Shown in pieces: positions 10,890 to 27,333 of a stretch of DNA of 64,000 bases. Below the pieces are notes generated by a model that was not told the DNA's origin, did not search any database, and saw nothing but the letters and a program-made list of their open reading frames with translations. A program made the translations under genes and the position numbers. Every line of letters begins with the position of its first letter. Within the stretch, counting starts at the first letter, position 1. Origin of the DNA: Thalia democratica (lineage: Eukaryota); assembly GCA_965202585.1 (NCBI GenBank), contig OZ241831.1, forward strand, positions 14,756,001-14,820,000, in the 5' to 3' direction.

Positions 10890-10950
10890 TCATGTTTTGT
10901 TAATATTTTGATTGAGTGGTCCTGAAAAGGACCTTGGGTAAAAGAACAAC

Positions 10951-11538
10951 TTATTTTTTACAGCTCTTCTTGGTACTTGCCTTCTTAGATGCTTTTTTGG
11001 CTACCGGCTTCTTCTTGGTTACTTTCTTCTTCTTGCTTGCAGCTTTTTTAGATGCTGCTTTCTTAGGAGCACACTTTTTAGCAGGTCGCTTTTTGGCTGC
11101 TGGTTTTTTCGCTGCCTTCTTGGGAGCACACTTCTTTACTCGTTTCTTTGCTGCGGCCTTCTTTACTGCTGGCTTTTTAGCTACTTTTTTTGTCCTCTTC
11201 TTGGGACCAGCAGCTGGCATTGGAGCAAGCTTGAACGAGCCGGAAGCGCCTTTTCCAGTAGTCTGGAGAAAAGAACCTTTGGTCACGCCGCTGGTAAGTG
11301 CTCTCTTCAAGTGAGAATTAGAAGCTGAGAGGTCAAGCTTGTAGGTGTCCGCGATATATTTTTGTATCTTCTGGCGGGATGTACCTTTTCGTTCCTTCAT
11401 TGCTCCCAGGGCAGAGCTAATCATCTCCCTGTAAGTCGGGTGTTCTGCCTTCTTGGCGCTTGGTCTCTTGGAAGACCTGGCCTTGGCTGCGGCCGCCGCC
11501 GCTGCTACTGCTGGTGCTGCTACTGCTGTGGTAGACAT
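10951..11538 (-). CDS. H1: Histone H1 (unit 2)
   Basis: Protein identical to unit 1. Confidence 0.95.
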   Translation of the reverse strand: MSTTAVAAPAVAAAAAAAKARSSKRPSAKKAEHPTYREMISSALGAMKERKGTSRQKIQKYIADTYKLDLSASNSHLKRALTSGVTKGSFLQTTGKGASGSFKLAPMPAAGPKKRTKKVAKKPAVKKAAAKKRVKKCAPKKAAKKPAAKKRPAKKCAPKKAASKKAASKKKKVTKKKPVAKKASKKASTKKSCKK

Positions 11539-13224
11539 TTTGTATGTATTTTAAAGCAACCGAAACAATACTTTTAGTAGTTACTGACTGTGACGAATTG
11601 ACTGTTGAGCAGTTTTACTTTGTGAAGTACCTTTTACTGATTAATACGAGCATTATCATGTGAGTTTAAAGCGCATATGCTCATAAAAGCATAGTTATTT
11701 TTTTACGAACGTCAAAAACATTCCAGTGACAAAGAAACCAGACTTAGCCTGGTCGGAAACAGAGTTTTTTTTAAAGCTTAGCTTTAAAGGTCCAGAAAAA
11801 CAGTCTAAAAGTTACAGCACACCTCTGCATTTAATAATATAAACCTCAAATGAAACAAAATACATTACTACACATCCGGTTTAGTTTTCTTCAGCTGCAA
11901 ACTTAAAACTGTAAGATTTTAGACAAGCACAAGTATTTTTTCCACTTCAAGCTTAAGTTAAGTTTTATTATTTTAATTTCATTCGGTTTTGTCAATTGTA
12001 AAACCCATTAAGTATGTTTAACTTGATTACAACTTTAACTGTGCTGGTTAGTAAAAAGTAATTCATAAACAAACACAAGTATTTAATTTATGATACTTTA
12101 CAAGTTATCATTACTTTAAGTATACTTATATTCAAAATGGCAGTACTAAACCACATAAAAAAACTTAAGTTCATAAGTTTTGAATTTGTTCTTCCACATA
12201 CTAGTAACTTCAAAAATGTTCTGAACAGTAGCCATACAAAACTTGTTAAAAAGCTAGAAACTAATGTTTAACTTGTTATATAAAACAGTCCCAACTAGTT
12301 ACTAGTATTTCACAGTTAGAAAAATTTGAAACAACTTTTTAAAACTATTACACAGTTGTTTTGATTTTTTAACAACGTTTTATTTGTTATACTCGAAGCT
12401 GAACTAAGAACTTTTTCTTTGTAGATTTCATGAAAAGAAAGCGAACAAATGGATTTGATCGTAACTTTCCAAAACAAGACGAAATAACTTGCACTTAAAT
12501 GAATATCAGTACTGTTCACTTATGTTCAAAGAAAAGGACCGAAATTTCAATATGAAGTTTAAAAGAGTTGCTTATTTTGAGACGAAGAACTTTACTTAAA
12601 AAAAGAGGTTAGGCTAATTTTAAAAGTAACAAAAGTACAGTTCAAAAATGACTGCATAATGATAGAAGTGTTTATGTTTACTAAGTGAAGATTTGTTTAA
12701 ATAAACTTTAATTGATTTACTGCTTAAAGTAGTTTCTAAGTGTAATAAAAACTAGATTCATTACAATGTTCTGCACAATTTAGACAGTTGACTAAATGTT
12801 TTGCTGTGGTATATTTTAAAAAAGGTTGTTAAATCAACTCTAACTTGATATAAATGTAATTTCAAAATGTATTCTTTATTCTCAGGTGTTTTGAGCACTT
12901 CTGTTGTAACAACAGCATTTAAATTTCTAACATGTTAACAATTAGCTAATGTGTTTGTTTGATTTTTGTGTCTTTTCCTTTTAAAACAGGGTATTTACTT
13001 ATTTGAAAACTGTACGTTGCTTTTGCACTCGTACTATCATAGCTGAACAGTTTTACGAAGCTTACTTTGAAGCAAATAAAAAAAAAATAAGTAAAGGCAA
13101 GAAAAACTTAAATTATTTGTTAGTTAGAACAAAGTTAGCTCTAAACATAAGAAACACTTAAGCAAATAAGCTACAAGTTTCAGACAGTTCATTGGTTTAT
13201 AACAACTTTTTATCGTTTTCGAAC

Positions 13225-13348
13225 GCCTACGACCATACCACACTGAACACACCCCATCTCGTCCGATCTGGGAAGTTAAAAAAGTGTCGGGCTTAAAGGT
13301 TAGTACTTAGATGGGTGACCGCTTGGGAATACCGCGTGCCGTAGGCTT
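13225..13348 (+). rRNA. 5S rRNA: 5S rRNA variant (unit 2)
   Basis: Same sequence as unit 1. Confidence 0.88.
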
Positions 13349-16300
13349 TTATTTTCAAGCACTTATTTGTTGGATTTATTCTTCATACTTATTATGAAAG
13401 TTTCTAGTTTATCTTAAACATTTTTCAATAATAAATGACACACTAACTAGACTGTCATTTAGTTGTAGACTTATTTTGTCTGTTGCTTTCATTTTGCTAT
13501 TTATATAAAAGCCATAACTTTATTTCTTAAAAGCGTTTCGTTCTGCTCTAGACTTTTAACAAATATAACTTGAAATAAACAGTTGCAGTAGTTTTTAGTT
13601 ATCAAGTTGTCTCATACACAGTCTTCAATAAAGTTACAAAGCTGTTTACTTCTTTTCCTTTGCATAATGTTTCAGCTATTGGTTTTTTTACGCGTTGATG
13701 TTTTATGTTAAAAATCCATAAGCAACTAAGTTTAATAAAACAAGTCTAAGATTTGTAAAAAAAAAATTCAACTTTGCTATTCATGACAGTTGTACTGAAA
13801 TTGAATGCTTTTTGGTCGTTTTTTTTCTTTAGAACAATCACTGTTGTTTACATTTATTTATTTTTGAAAATACATTTTGATAAGCATGATCAGTATAATT
13901 TTCATGAATAAACCTCTACTGTTCAAGTATTTTTTAAAATAATACGAAATTTATTAAAACTAACTGTTTTATTTTCATTCCATAATGAAATTACTTTTTA
14001 TAGTGACGTAGAACAAGTTTTAAAAATAAAGTTTAGTATTTATTAAATTAAAAAAAAAGTCTACGAAGTAAGCATAATTGAGAATTTTTTTTTTGTCTAA
14101 ATAAAGAAGTTAACAAGAAAAAGCCTTTGGACAACACGTTTAAGTTAGTTGAAGCTTTTTATGAAACATCAAATTACAACTAGTTAACAAAACTTATTCC
14201 ACGATTTAGGCAATACTTTCAAAACATAACTAGCTCTCTTATTAAAAGTTGCTTAGAATGTCCAGTAAAAGTACAAAGGCAATAGTAAGTATGCATATCT
14301 AGGTGACAAAAGAAAAGACAGAAAAAATATTATTTAGAAGTAAAATGTGTCATTCAACTAGCTCTAACTCTTACTTTTGATCTTTTACCACCACAAAGTT
14401 GGTTGAGTTGCACATTTTTGTTGTTTAGTTAAAGCTTGTTTAACACTGCTTAGTAGACTTTAAAGCTGGTTAAATAAGCTGGTTGTCCTGATTACATTAG
14501 ATTAACTTGATAAAGCTATAAGCAATGCTAGATCAACTAAAAGATGTAAGCTTTTTAAAGTTATAGATTCGAAATGTTCTTTTTCGTTCATGTTGTGATG
14601 CATATATGTTGTTTTTTGTTTATGTATTTATGAGTTGTAATGCATGTTTTAAATGTGTTTTAGTTAAAGTTATTTTCTGAAACGATACAACATAAATTAG
14701 ACCCAAAGCTAAACTAATTTTCAACTTGATAAATCTGTGAACAATTTGAGTTCAATAAAAAGCTTTGTAAAAAGAATTCGGTTGTAATACATGATGGTTG
14801 TTGTACTGAAATTGCAGTTTTGTTGATTTTTTTATTTTGGTTTGAACAGCTTCTGTTGTTAATTGTATTTTAAACTGTTTTACTTAGTTTGAGTTGCATT
14901 GTAATAAAAAGAAATAATAAATTTTAGAAACTACTGGTTTATTAGATTGTAATTGTTAATATCCAAAGTTAAGTTTGTTTTATTATAATTTAATGTATTA
15001 TTTTCATTTAAAATCTAATACTTTTTACAGTGACGTAGAACAGTATTTTTTAAATAAACTAAATACTTTTTCAATTTTACAAAAAGAAGTATACAAAATA
15101 AGCATAACGGGAATAAGTTTTGTTTAAAGAAAGAAGTTTACAAGAAAATCTTATGGACACAAAAATCAAGTTAGTTGAAGCTTTCTGCGAAACGTATATT
15201 TATTTGTAATGTAACAGACTTAAGCAATGGTTTTTAAATACAACTAGCTCCCTCCTCAAAAGTAGTTTAAAATGTCATGTAAGAGAACAAAAACAATTGT
15301 AAATACAAGTATGTGACAAAAAGTTAAAACACAAAAGTATAAGTTAGAAGTAAACTGTTTTATACAAACATTCTAACTCACCTTTTACCAGCACAAAAAA
15401 CATTAAGTTTGGTTCGTTTTTGTCGTCTAGTTAGAGCTTGTTTAATGCTGCTTAGTGGACATTGATATCTGGTTGAATCAGTTGGTGGTCCTTATCACTT
15501 TAGACTTATAACAGAAATGACTATAGACTGTAAAAGTCGTTTTAAGTCATCAAGTTGTCTCACATATAGTTGTAACAAGTAATACAAATGAGTGGTGACA
15601 AGCTGTTACTTCTTTTCCTTTCAGCTTAAAAATTGAGTTCTTTCATGTATTCGACTAATTAAGCAATCAAAAACAAACTAAATAGATGTCAGCTTTGTAA
15701 AATAAAAGTTTTAATGATAAGCTTTCATCAACTATTTCAGCTATTTTTGTTTTGGTAAATCGCGTACTTGTTTATAGTGTTGTTTTTCTTTGAACAATCG
15801 ATGTTGTTTACATTTATGTATTTTAATGTATGATTTTTAAATTACTATGCATGTTTTTAATCGTGTTTAGTTGTAATTAAACTATATTTTTTGTGAAACA
15901 AATATTGTTTGTTGTTAACAATTGAAAACATACTTTGTTGATAAACCAAAGTAAGTTTTATTCTTATTACTATTTAAGTGTACTATTTTCATTGAAAAAT
16001 ATAAATAGTTTTTAAAGTGACGTAGCGTAACTTTTTTTAATAAGTTAAAAAACAAATAATTATTGAATGTTTAAGAAAAGTGCACAAAGTAAGAACGAAT
16101 AAGATAGAGTTCTTAGAAAAAAAAAGATATCAAGAAGAAAAAGACATCCAAGTTAGTTAATTATGTTAAGCATTCAATTACAGTAGTTGTTACATCAAGT
16201 TGTCTAACACCTAGTCTAAACAAGTAACTTTACCATGAAAATAATAAAACAAGCATTTTTTAACCGTGTTTAAGCTAATGAGTTGGTTTGTATCATAGGG

Positions 16301-16948
16301 TGATGTTTTGGCTTGAAATGATATCTTAAATAAGCTAAATAGATGTCAGCCTTGTAGGTGGGAATACTTAAATGTGTTTGAAATTCACATTTGTTATCTT
16401 TTGTTCTGAACTTTTATTTCTATTTATATACTTATAACTTTTTAAAACATTTTACATGGTTTTAACTGCATTTAAGTTGATAAAAAGAAGACGTTTAAAA
16501 GTTAAACCTTTGTTGTGTTGCTGATAATCAACAACAACAACTTAAAAATGTAACAAAAACTAAGGTTTTTTTTGGTATAAGTTAAGTATACGTTACTGTA
16601 TTATTTTTTTTAAACACTTATTTACTGAATGTTTTAACAGAAATTCAACAAATGAACAAGAAGTTGTATAGAAAAAAAAAAGTTCACGGACAACGTATTG
16701 AAGTTAGTTAAATCCTTTTTTACATATACTACTGTTTTTTCAAATTAGACTTGAGCAATGGTAACCATAAGATTAAAACTTGAAAGTACGACAAATTTTA
16801 AATCAAACAACTAAAGTGTTTGATCTTTTAATTCTTATAACAACCAGTTTGTTTGTACAATTATCAATTTGTGGCTTGTACTTTAAGTAGATATCAATAG
16901 CCGGTTTTGTTCAAATGGTGGTCCTAAAAAGGACCGGTTGTTGAGCAT

Positions 16949-17308
16949 TTATTTTGAGCTGGTGTACTTGGTAACAGCTTTAGTTCCCTCTGAAACTGCG
17001 TGCTTTGACAACTCGCCGGGGAGCAAGAGCCTGACAGCAGTTTGAATTTCGCGGCTGCTCACAGTTGACCTCTTGTTGTAATGAGCCAAACGTGAAGCCT
17101 CTGCTGCAATGCGCTCGAAGATGTCGTTGACAAATGAGTTCATGATTCCCATCGCCTTGCTGGAAATTCCGGTGTCGGGGTGCACTTGCTTCAAAACTTT
17201 GTACACGTAGATGCCAAAGCTTTCTTTGTGCCTCCTCCTTCGCTTCTTCTTGCCGTCGACCGGGGTGGTCTTGGCTACTGACTTCTTCGCGCCTTTGGTT
17301 GCGGTCAT
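16949..17308 (-). CDS. H2B: Histone H2B (unit 3)
   Basis: Protein identical to unit 1. Confidence 0.98.
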   Translation of the reverse strand: MTATKGAKKSVAKTTPVDGKKKRRRRHKESFGIYVYKVLKQVHPDTGISSKAMGIMNSFVNDIFERIAAEASRLAHYNKRSTVSSREIQTAVRLLLPGELSKHAVSEGTKAVTKYTSSK

Positions 17309-17467
17309 GATGATGTGTGAACTTCAGTCTCGGCGCCAGCTTATATACTGAAAGTTTATGCAAATTAGCATTTCCGTACGCGAACGACAGCCTCTCTCAT
17401 TTTATGATTCTCTCGTTTGTCGTAAATATTTTTAGGTGGTCCTGAAAAGGACCTGGTTTGTTTTAAC

Positions 17468-17848
17468 TTAGGCTGATTTTTTTGAAGCGGTCTTCTTGGG
17501 CAATAATACTGCCTGGATGTTTGGAAGAACACCTCCTTGAGCAATAGTGACGCCGCCGAGAAGTTTGTTCAACTCTTCGTCGTTGCGGATAGCTAGTTGC
17601 AAATGGCGGGGAATGATCCTGCTTTTCTTGTTGTCACGAGCAGCGTTACCGGCAAGCTCGAGCACTTCTGCGCTCAAATACTCGAGAACGGCAGCCAGAT
17701 AAACTGGAGCACCAGCTCCGACTCTTTGGCTGTAGTTGCCAGTGCGCAACAGGCGGTGCACGCGACCGACTGGAAACTGCAGTCCTGCACGAGAAGACCT
17801 GCTCTTCGGCTTAGATTTGAGTTTTGATCCTTTACCACGTCCCGACAT
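17468..17848 (-). CDS. H2A: Histone H2A (unit 3)
   Basis: Protein identical to unit 1. Confidence 0.98.
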   Translation of the reverse strand: MSGRGKGSKLKSKPKSRSSRAGLQFPVGRVHRLLRTGNYSQRVGAGAPVYLAAVLEYLSAEVLELAGNAARDNKKSRIIPRHLQLAIRNDEELNKLLGGVTIAQGGVLPNIQAVLLPKKTASKKSA

Positions 17849-18042
17849 CTTGTTGTTCGAATGATTGTGCCAAGATGCTCGCACAGCTCTGTATAAAACT
17901 CAAACCTAACCGCGTCGAACGAACAACTAATTTGCATATGTCGTAGCTGCTCTTTAATCTTGTCAAAATGTTTGTTCAGCAGTGTTGAAGAAATTTGATT
18001 TTGAAATGGGTGGTCCTAAAAAGGACCGAGTTTGCTAAATGT

Positions 18043-18387
<345 letters not shown>

Positions 18388-18543
18388 TTATTTATAAGCT
18401 GTTACGGACGCGTACGGTTACTACTAAACTAATTTGCATACTCAGAAAAGTCTCTAACTTACATTCTTTCGTTTGGTTTATTTTTTCTCACTATCAAACA
18501 AAGTTTAAAAGTGGCCCTGAAAAGGACCGGTTTTAGCTAATGC

Positions 18544-19080
<537 letters not shown>

Positions 19081-19141
19081 TCATGTTTTGTTAATATTTT
19101 GATTGAGTGGTCCTGAAAAGGACCTTGGGTAAAAGAACAAC

Positions 19142-19729
19142 TTATTTTTTACAGCTCTTCTTGGTACTTGCCTTCTTAGATGCTTTTTTGGCTACCGGCT
19201 TCTTCTTGGTTACTTTCTTCTTCTTGCTTGCAGCTTTTTTAGATGCTGCTTTCTTAGGAGCACACTTTTTAGCAGGTCGCTTTTTGGCTGCTGGTTTTTT
19301 CGCTGCCTTCTTGGGAGCACACTTCTTTACTCGTTTCTTTGCTGCGGCCTTCTTTACTGCTGGCTTTTTAGCTACTTTTTTTGTCCTCTTCTTGGGACCA
19401 GCAGCTGGCATTGGAGCAAGCTTGAACGAGCCGGAAGCGCCTTTTCCAGTAGTCTGGAGAAAAGAACCTTTGGTCACGCCGCTGGTAAGTGCTCTCTTCA
19501 AGTGAGAATTAGAAGCTGAGAGGTCAAGCTTGTAGGTGTCCGCGATATATTTTTGTATCTTCTGGCGGGATGTACCTTTTCGTTCCTTCATTGCTCCCAG
19601 GGCAGAGCTAATCATCTCCCTGTAAGTCGGGTGTTCTGCCTTCTTGGCGCTTGGTCTCTTGGAAGACCTGGCCTTGGCTGCGGCCGCCGCCGCTGCTACT
19701 GCTGGTGCTGCTACTGCTGTGGTAGACAT
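19142..19729 (-). CDS. H1: Histone H1 (unit 3)
   Basis: Protein identical to unit 1. Confidence 0.95.
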   Translation of the reverse strand: MSTTAVAAPAVAAAAAAAKARSSKRPSAKKAEHPTYREMISSALGAMKERKGTSRQKIQKYIADTYKLDLSASNSHLKRALTSGVTKGSFLQTTGKGASGSFKLAPMPAAGPKKRTKKVAKKPAVKKAAAKKRVKKCAPKKAAKKPAAKKRPAKKCAPKKAASKKAASKKKKVTKKKPVAKKASKKASTKKSCKK

Positions 19730-21415
19730 TTTGTATGTATTTTAAAGCAACCGAAACAATACTTTTAGTAGTTACTGACTGTGACGAATTGACTGTTGAG
19801 CAGTTTTACTTTGTGAAGTACCTTTTACTGATTAATACGAGCATTATCATGTGAGTTTAAAGCGCATATGCTCATAAAAGCATAGTTATTTTTTTACGAA
19901 CGTCAAAAACATTCCAGTGACAAAGAAACCAGACTTAGCCTGGTCGGAAACAGAGTTTTTTTTAAAGCTTAGCTTTAAAGGTCCAGAAAAACAGTCTAAA
20001 AGTTACAGCACACCTCTGCATTTAATAATATAAACCTCAAATGAAACAAAATACATTACTACACATCCGGTTTAGTTTTCTTCAGCTGCAAACTTAAAAC
20101 TGTAAGATTTTAGACAAGCACAAGTATTTTTTCCACTTCAAGCTTAAGTTAAGTTTTATTATTTTAATTTCATTCGGTTTTGTCAATTGTAAAACCCATT
20201 AAGTATGTTTAACTTGATTACAACTTTAACTGTGCTGGTTAGTAAAAAGTAATTCATAAACAAACACAAGTATTTAATTTATGATACTTTACAAGTTATC
20301 ATTACTTTAAGTATACTTATATTCAAAATGGCAGTACTAAACCACATAAAAAAACTTAAGTTCATAAGTTTTGAATTTGTTCTTCCACATACTAGTAACT
20401 TCAAAAATGTTCTGAACAGTAGCCATACAAAACTTGTTAAAAAGCTAGAAACTAATGTTTAACTTGTTATATAAAACAGTCCCAACTAGTTACTAGTATT
20501 TCACAGTTAGAAAAATTTGAAACAACTTTTTAAAACTATTACACAGTTGTTTTGATTTTTTAACAACGTTTTATTTGTTATACTCGAAGCTGAACTAAGA
20601 ACTTTTTCTTTGTAGATTTCATGAAAAGAAAGCGAACAAATGGATTTGATCGTAACTTTCCAAAACAAGACGAAATAACTTGCACTTAAATGAATATCAG
20701 TACTGTTCACTTATGTTCAAAGAAAAGGACCGAAATTTCAATATGAAGTTTAAAAGAGTTGCTTATTTTGAGACGAAGAACTTTACTTAAAAAAAGAGGT
20801 TAGGCTAATTTTAAAAGTAACAAAAGTACAGTTCAAAAATGACTGCATAATGATAGAAGTGTTTATGTTTACTAAGTGAAGATTTGTTTAAATAAACTTT
20901 AATTGATTTACTGCTTAAAGTAGTTTCTAAGTGTAATAAAAACTAGATTCATTACAATGTTCTGCACAATTTAGACAGTTGACTAAATGTTTTGCTGTGG
21001 TATATTTTAAAAAAGGTTGTTAAATCAACTCTAACTTGATATAAATGTAATTTCAAAATGTATTCTTTATTCTCAGGTGTTTTGAGCACTTCTGTTGTAA
21101 CAACAGCATTTAAATTTCTAACATGTTAACAATTAGCTAATGTGTTTGTTTGATTTTTGTGTCTTTTCCTTTTAAAACAGGGTATTTACTTATTTGAAAA
21201 CTGTACGTTGCTTTTGCACTCGTACTATCATAGCTGAACAGTTTTACGAAGCTTACTTTGAAGCAAATAAAAAAAAAATAAGTAAAGGCAAGAAAAACTT
21301 AAATTATTTGTTAGTTAGAACAAAGTTAGCTCTAAACATAAGAAACACTTAAGCAAATAAGCTACAAGTTTCAGACAGTTCATTGGTTTATAACAACTTT
21401 TTATCGTTTTCGAAC

Positions 21416-21539
21416 GCCTACGACCATACCACACTGAACACACCCCATCTCGTCCGATCTGGGAAGTTAAAAAAGTGTCGGGCTTAAAGGTTAGTACTTA
21501 GATGGGTGACCGCTTGGGAATACCGCGTGCCGTAGGCTT
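21416..21539 (+). rRNA. 5S rRNA: 5S rRNA variant (unit 3)
   Basis: Same sequence as unit 1. Confidence 0.88.
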
Positions 21540-24500
21540 TTATTTTCAAGCACTTATTTGTTGGATTTATTCTTCATACTTATTATGAAAGTTTCTAGTT
21601 TATCTTAAACATTTTTCAATAATAAATGACACACTAACTAGACTGTCATTTAGTTGTAGACTTATTTTGTCTGTTGCTTTCATTTTGCTATTTATATAAA
21701 AGCCATAACTTTATTTCTTAAAAGCGTTTCGTTCTGCTCTAGACTTTTAACAAATATAACTTGAAATAAACAGTTGCAGTAGTTTTTAGTTATCAAGTTG
21801 TCTCATACACAGTCTTCAATAAAGTTACAAAGCTGTTTACTTCTTTTCCTTTGCATAATGTTTCAGCTATTGGTTTTTTTACGCGTTGATGTTTTATGTT
21901 AAAAATCCATAAGCAACTAAGTTTAATAAAACAAGTCTAAGATTTGTAAAAAAAAAATTCAACTTTGCTATTCATGACAGTTGTACTGAAATTGAATGCT
22001 TTTTGGTCGTTTTTTTTCTTTAGAACAATCACTGTTGTTTACATTTATTTATTTTTGAAAATACATTTTGATAAGCATGATCAGTATAATTTTCATGAAT
22101 AAACCTCTACTGTTCAAGTATTTTTTAAAATAATACGAAATTTATTAAAACTAACTGTTTTATTTTCATTCCATAATGAAATTACTTTTTATAGTGACGT
22201 AGAACAAGTTTTAAAAATAAAGTTTAGTATTTATTAAATTAAAAAAAAAGTCTACGAAGTAAGCATAATTGAGAATTTTTTTTTTGTCTAAATAAAGAAG
22301 TTAACAAGAAAAAGCCTTTGGACAACACGTTTAAGTTAGTTGAAGCTTTTTATGAAACATCAAATTACAACTAGTTAACAAAACTTATTCCACGATTTAG
22401 GCAATACTTTCAAAACATAACTAGCTCTCTTATTAAAAGTTGCTTAGAATGTCCAGTAAAAGTACAAAGGCAATAGTAAGTATGCATATCTAGGTGACAA
22501 AAGAAAAGACAGAAAAAATATTATTTAGAAGTAAAATGTGTCATTCAACTAGCTCTAACTCTTACTTTTGATCTTTTACCACCACAAAGTTGGTTGAGTT
22601 GCACATTTTTGTTGTTTAGTTAAAGCTTGTTTAACACTGCTTAGTAGACTTTAAAGCTGGTTAAATAAGCTGGTTGTCCTGATTACATTAGATTAACTTG
22701 ATAAAGCTATAAGCAATGCTAGATCAACTAAAAGATGTAAGCTTTTTAAAGTTATAGATTCGAAATGTTCTTTTTCGTTCATGTTGTGATGCATATATGT
22801 TGTTTTTTGTTTATGTATTTATGAGTTGTAATGCATGTTTTAAATGTGTTTTAGTTAAAGTTATTTTCTGAAACGATACAACATAAATTAGACCCAAAGC
22901 TAAACTAATTTTCAACTTGATAAATCTGTGAACAATTTGAGTTCAATAAAAAGCTTTGTAAAAAGAATTCGGTTGTAATACATGATGGTTGTTGTACTGA
23001 AATTGCAGTTTTGTTGATTTTTTTATTTTGGTTTGAACAGCTTCTGTTGTTAATTGTATTTTAAACTGTTTTACTTAGTTTGAGTTGCATTGTAATAAAA
23101 AGAAATAATAAATTTTAGAAACTACTGGTTTATTAGATTGTAATTGTTAATATCCAAAGTTAAGTTTGTTTTATTATAATTTAATGTATTATTTTCATTT
23201 AAAATCTAATACTTTTTACAGTGACGTAGAACAGTATTTTTTAAATAAACTAAATACTTTTTCAATTTTACAAAAAGAAGTATACAAAATAAGCATAACG
23301 GGAATAAGTTTTGTTTAAAGAAAGAAGTTTACAAGAAAATCTTATGGACACAAAAATCAAGTTAGTTGAAGCTTTCTGCGAAACGTATATTTATTTGTAA
23401 TGTAACAGACTTAAGCAATGGTTTTTAAATACAACTAGCTCCCTCCTCAAAAGTAGTTTAAAATGTCATGTAAGAGAACAAAAACAATTGTAAATACAAG
23501 TATGTGACAAAAAGTTAAAACACAAAAGTATAAGTTAGAAGTAAACTGTTTTATACAAACATTCTAACTCACCTTTTACCAGCACAAAAAACATTAAGTT
23601 TGGTTCGTTTTTGTCGTCTAGTTAGAGCTTGTTTAATGCTGCTTAGTGGACATTGATATCTGGTTGAATCAGTTGGTGGTCCTTATCACTTTAGACTTAT
23701 AACAGAAATGACTATAGACTGTAAAAGTCGTTTTAAGTCATCAAGTTGTCTCACATATAGTTGTAACAAGTAATACAAATGAGTGGTGACAAGCTGTTAC
23801 TTCTTTTCCTTTCAGCTTAAAAATTGAGTTCTTTCATGTATTCGACTAATTAAGCAATCAAAAACAAACTAAATAGATGTCAGCTTTGTAAAATAAAAGT
23901 TTTAATGATAAGCTTTCATCAACTATTTCAGCTATTTTTGTTTTGGTAAATCGCGTACTTGTTTATAGTGTTGTTTTTCTTTGAACAATCGATGTTGTTT
24001 ACATTTATGTATTTTAATGTATGATTTTTAAATTACTATGCATGTTTTTAATCGTGTTTTAGTTGTAATTAAACTATATTTTTTGTGAAACAAATATTGT
24101 TTGTTGTTAACAATTGAAAACATACTTTGTTGATAAACCAAAGTAAGTTTTATTCTTATTACTATTTAAGTGTACTATTTTCATTGAAAAATATAAATAG
24201 TTTTTAAAGTGACGTAGCGTAACTTTTTTTAATAAGTTAAAAAACAAATAATTATTGAATGTTTAAGAAAAGTGCACAAAGTAAGAACGAATAAGATAGA
24301 GTTCTTAGAAAAAAAAAGATATCAAGAAGAAAAAGACATCCAAGTTAGTTAATTATGTTAAGCATTCAATTACAGTAGTTGTTACATCAAGTTGTCTAAC
24401 ACCTAGTCTAAACAAGTAACTTTACCATGAAAATAATAAAACAAGCATTTTTTAACCGTGTTTAAGCTAATGAGTTGGTTTGTATCATAGGGTGATGTTT

Positions 24501-25140
24501 TGGCTTGAAATGATATCTTAAATAAGCTAAATAGATGTCAGCCTTGTAGGTGGGAATACTTAAATGTGTTTGAAATTCACATTTGTTATCTTTTGTTCTG
24601 AACTTTTATTTCTATTTATATACTTATAACTTTTTAAAACATTTTACATGGTTTTAACTGCATTTAAGTTGATAAAAAGAAGACGTTTAAAAGTTAAACC
24701 TTTGTTGTGTTGCTGATAATCAACAACAACAACTTAAAAATGTAACAAAAACTAAGGTTTTTTTTGGTATAAGTTAAGTATACGTTACTGTATTATTTTT
24801 TTTAAACACTTATTTACTGAATGTTTTAACAGAAATTCAACAAATGAACAAGAAGTTGTATAGAAAAAAAAAAGTTCACGGACAACGTATTGAAGTTAGT
24901 TAAATCCTTTTTTACATATACTACTGTTTTTTCAAATTAGACTTGAGCAATGGTAACCATAAGATTAAAACTTGAAAGTACGACAAATTTTAAATCAAAC
25001 AACTAAAGTGTTTGATCTTTTAATTCTTATAACAACCAGTTTGTTTGTACAATTATCAATTTGTGGCTTGTACTTTAAGTAGATATCAATAGCCGGTTTT
25101 GTTCAAATGGTGGTCCTAAAAAGGACCGGTTGTTGAGCAT

Positions 25141-25500
25141 TTATTTTGAGCTGGTGTACTTGGTAACAGCTTTAGTTCCCTCTGAAACTGCGTGCTTTGA
25201 CAACTCGCCGGGGAGCAAGAGCCTGACAGCAGTTTGAATTTCGCGGCTGCTCACAGTTGACCTCTTGTTGTAATGAGCCAAACGTGAAGCCTCTGCTGCA
25301 ATGCGCTCGAAGATGTCGTTGACAAATGAGTTCATGATTCCCATCGCCTTGCTGGAAATTCCGGTGTCGGGGTGCACTTGCTTCAAAACTTTGTACACGT
25401 AGATGCCAAAGCTTTCTTTGTGCCTCCTCCTTCGCTTCTTCTTGCCGTCGACCGGGGTGGTCTTGGCTACTGACTTCTTCGCGCCTTTGGTTGCGGTCAT
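25141..25500 (-). CDS. H2B: Histone H2B (unit 4)
   Basis: Protein identical to unit 1. Confidence 0.98.
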   Translation of the reverse strand: MTATKGAKKSVAKTTPVDGKKKRRRRHKESFGIYVYKVLKQVHPDTGISSKAMGIMNSFVNDIFERIAAEASRLAHYNKRSTVSSREIQTAVRLLLPGELSKHAVSEGTKAVTKYTSSK

Positions 25501-25659
25501 GATGATGTGTGAACTTCAGTCTCGGCGCCAGCTTATATACTGAAAGTTTATGCAAATTAGCATTTCCGTACGCGAACGACAGCCTCTCTCATTTTATGAT
25601 TCTCTCGTTTGTCGTAAATATTTTTAGGTGGTCCTGAAAAGGACCTGGTTTGTTTCAAC

Positions 25660-26040
25660 TTAGGCTGATTTTTTTGAAGCGGTCTTCTTGGGCAATAATA
25701 CTGCCTGGATGTTTGGAAGAACACCTCCTTGAGCAATAGTGACGCCGCCGAGAAGTTTGTTCAACTCTTCGTCGTTGCGGATAGCTAGTTGCAAATGGCG
25801 GGGAATGATCCTGCTTTTCTTGTTGTCACGAGCAGCGTTACCGGCAAGCTCGAGCACTTCTGCGCTCAAATACTCGAGAACGGCAGCCAGATAAACTGGA
25901 GCACCAGCTCCGACTCTTTGGCTGTAGTTGCCAGTGCGCAACAGGCGGTGCACGCGACCGACTGGAAACTGCAGTCCTGCACGAGAAGACCTGCTCTTCG
26001 GCTTAGATTTGAGTTTTGATCCTTTACCACGTCCCGACAT
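25660..26040 (-). CDS. H2A: Histone H2A (unit 4)
   Basis: Protein identical to unit 1. Confidence 0.98.
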   Translation of the reverse strand: MSGRGKGSKLKSKPKSRSSRAGLQFPVGRVHRLLRTGNYSQRVGAGAPVYLAAVLEYLSAEVLELAGNAARDNKKSRIIPRHLQLAIRNDEELNKLLGGVTIAQGGVLPNIQAVLLPKKTASKKSA

Positions 26041-26234
26041 CTTGTTGTTCGAATGATTGTGCCAAGATGCTCGCACAGCTCTGTATAAAACTCAAACCTA
26101 ACCGCGTCGAACGAACAACTAATTTGCATATGTCGTAGCTGCTCTTTAATCTTGTCAAAATGTTTGTTCAGCAGTGTTGAAGAAATTTGATTTTGAAATG
26201 GGTGGTCCTAAAAAGGACCGAGTTTGCTAAATGT

Positions 26235-26579
<345 letters not shown>

Positions 26580-26735
26580 TTATTTATAAGCTGTTACGGA
26601 CGCGTACGGTTACTACTAAACTAATTTGCATACTCAGAAAAGTCTCTAACTTACATTCTTTCGTTTGGTTTATTTTTTCTCACTATCAAACAAAGTTTAA
26701 AAGTGGCCCTGAAAAGGACCGGTTTTAGCTAATGC

Positions 26736-27272
<537 letters not shown>

Positions 27273-27333
27273 TCATGTTTTGTTAATATTTTGATTGAGT
27301 GGTCCTGAAAAGGACCTTGGGTAAAAGAACAAC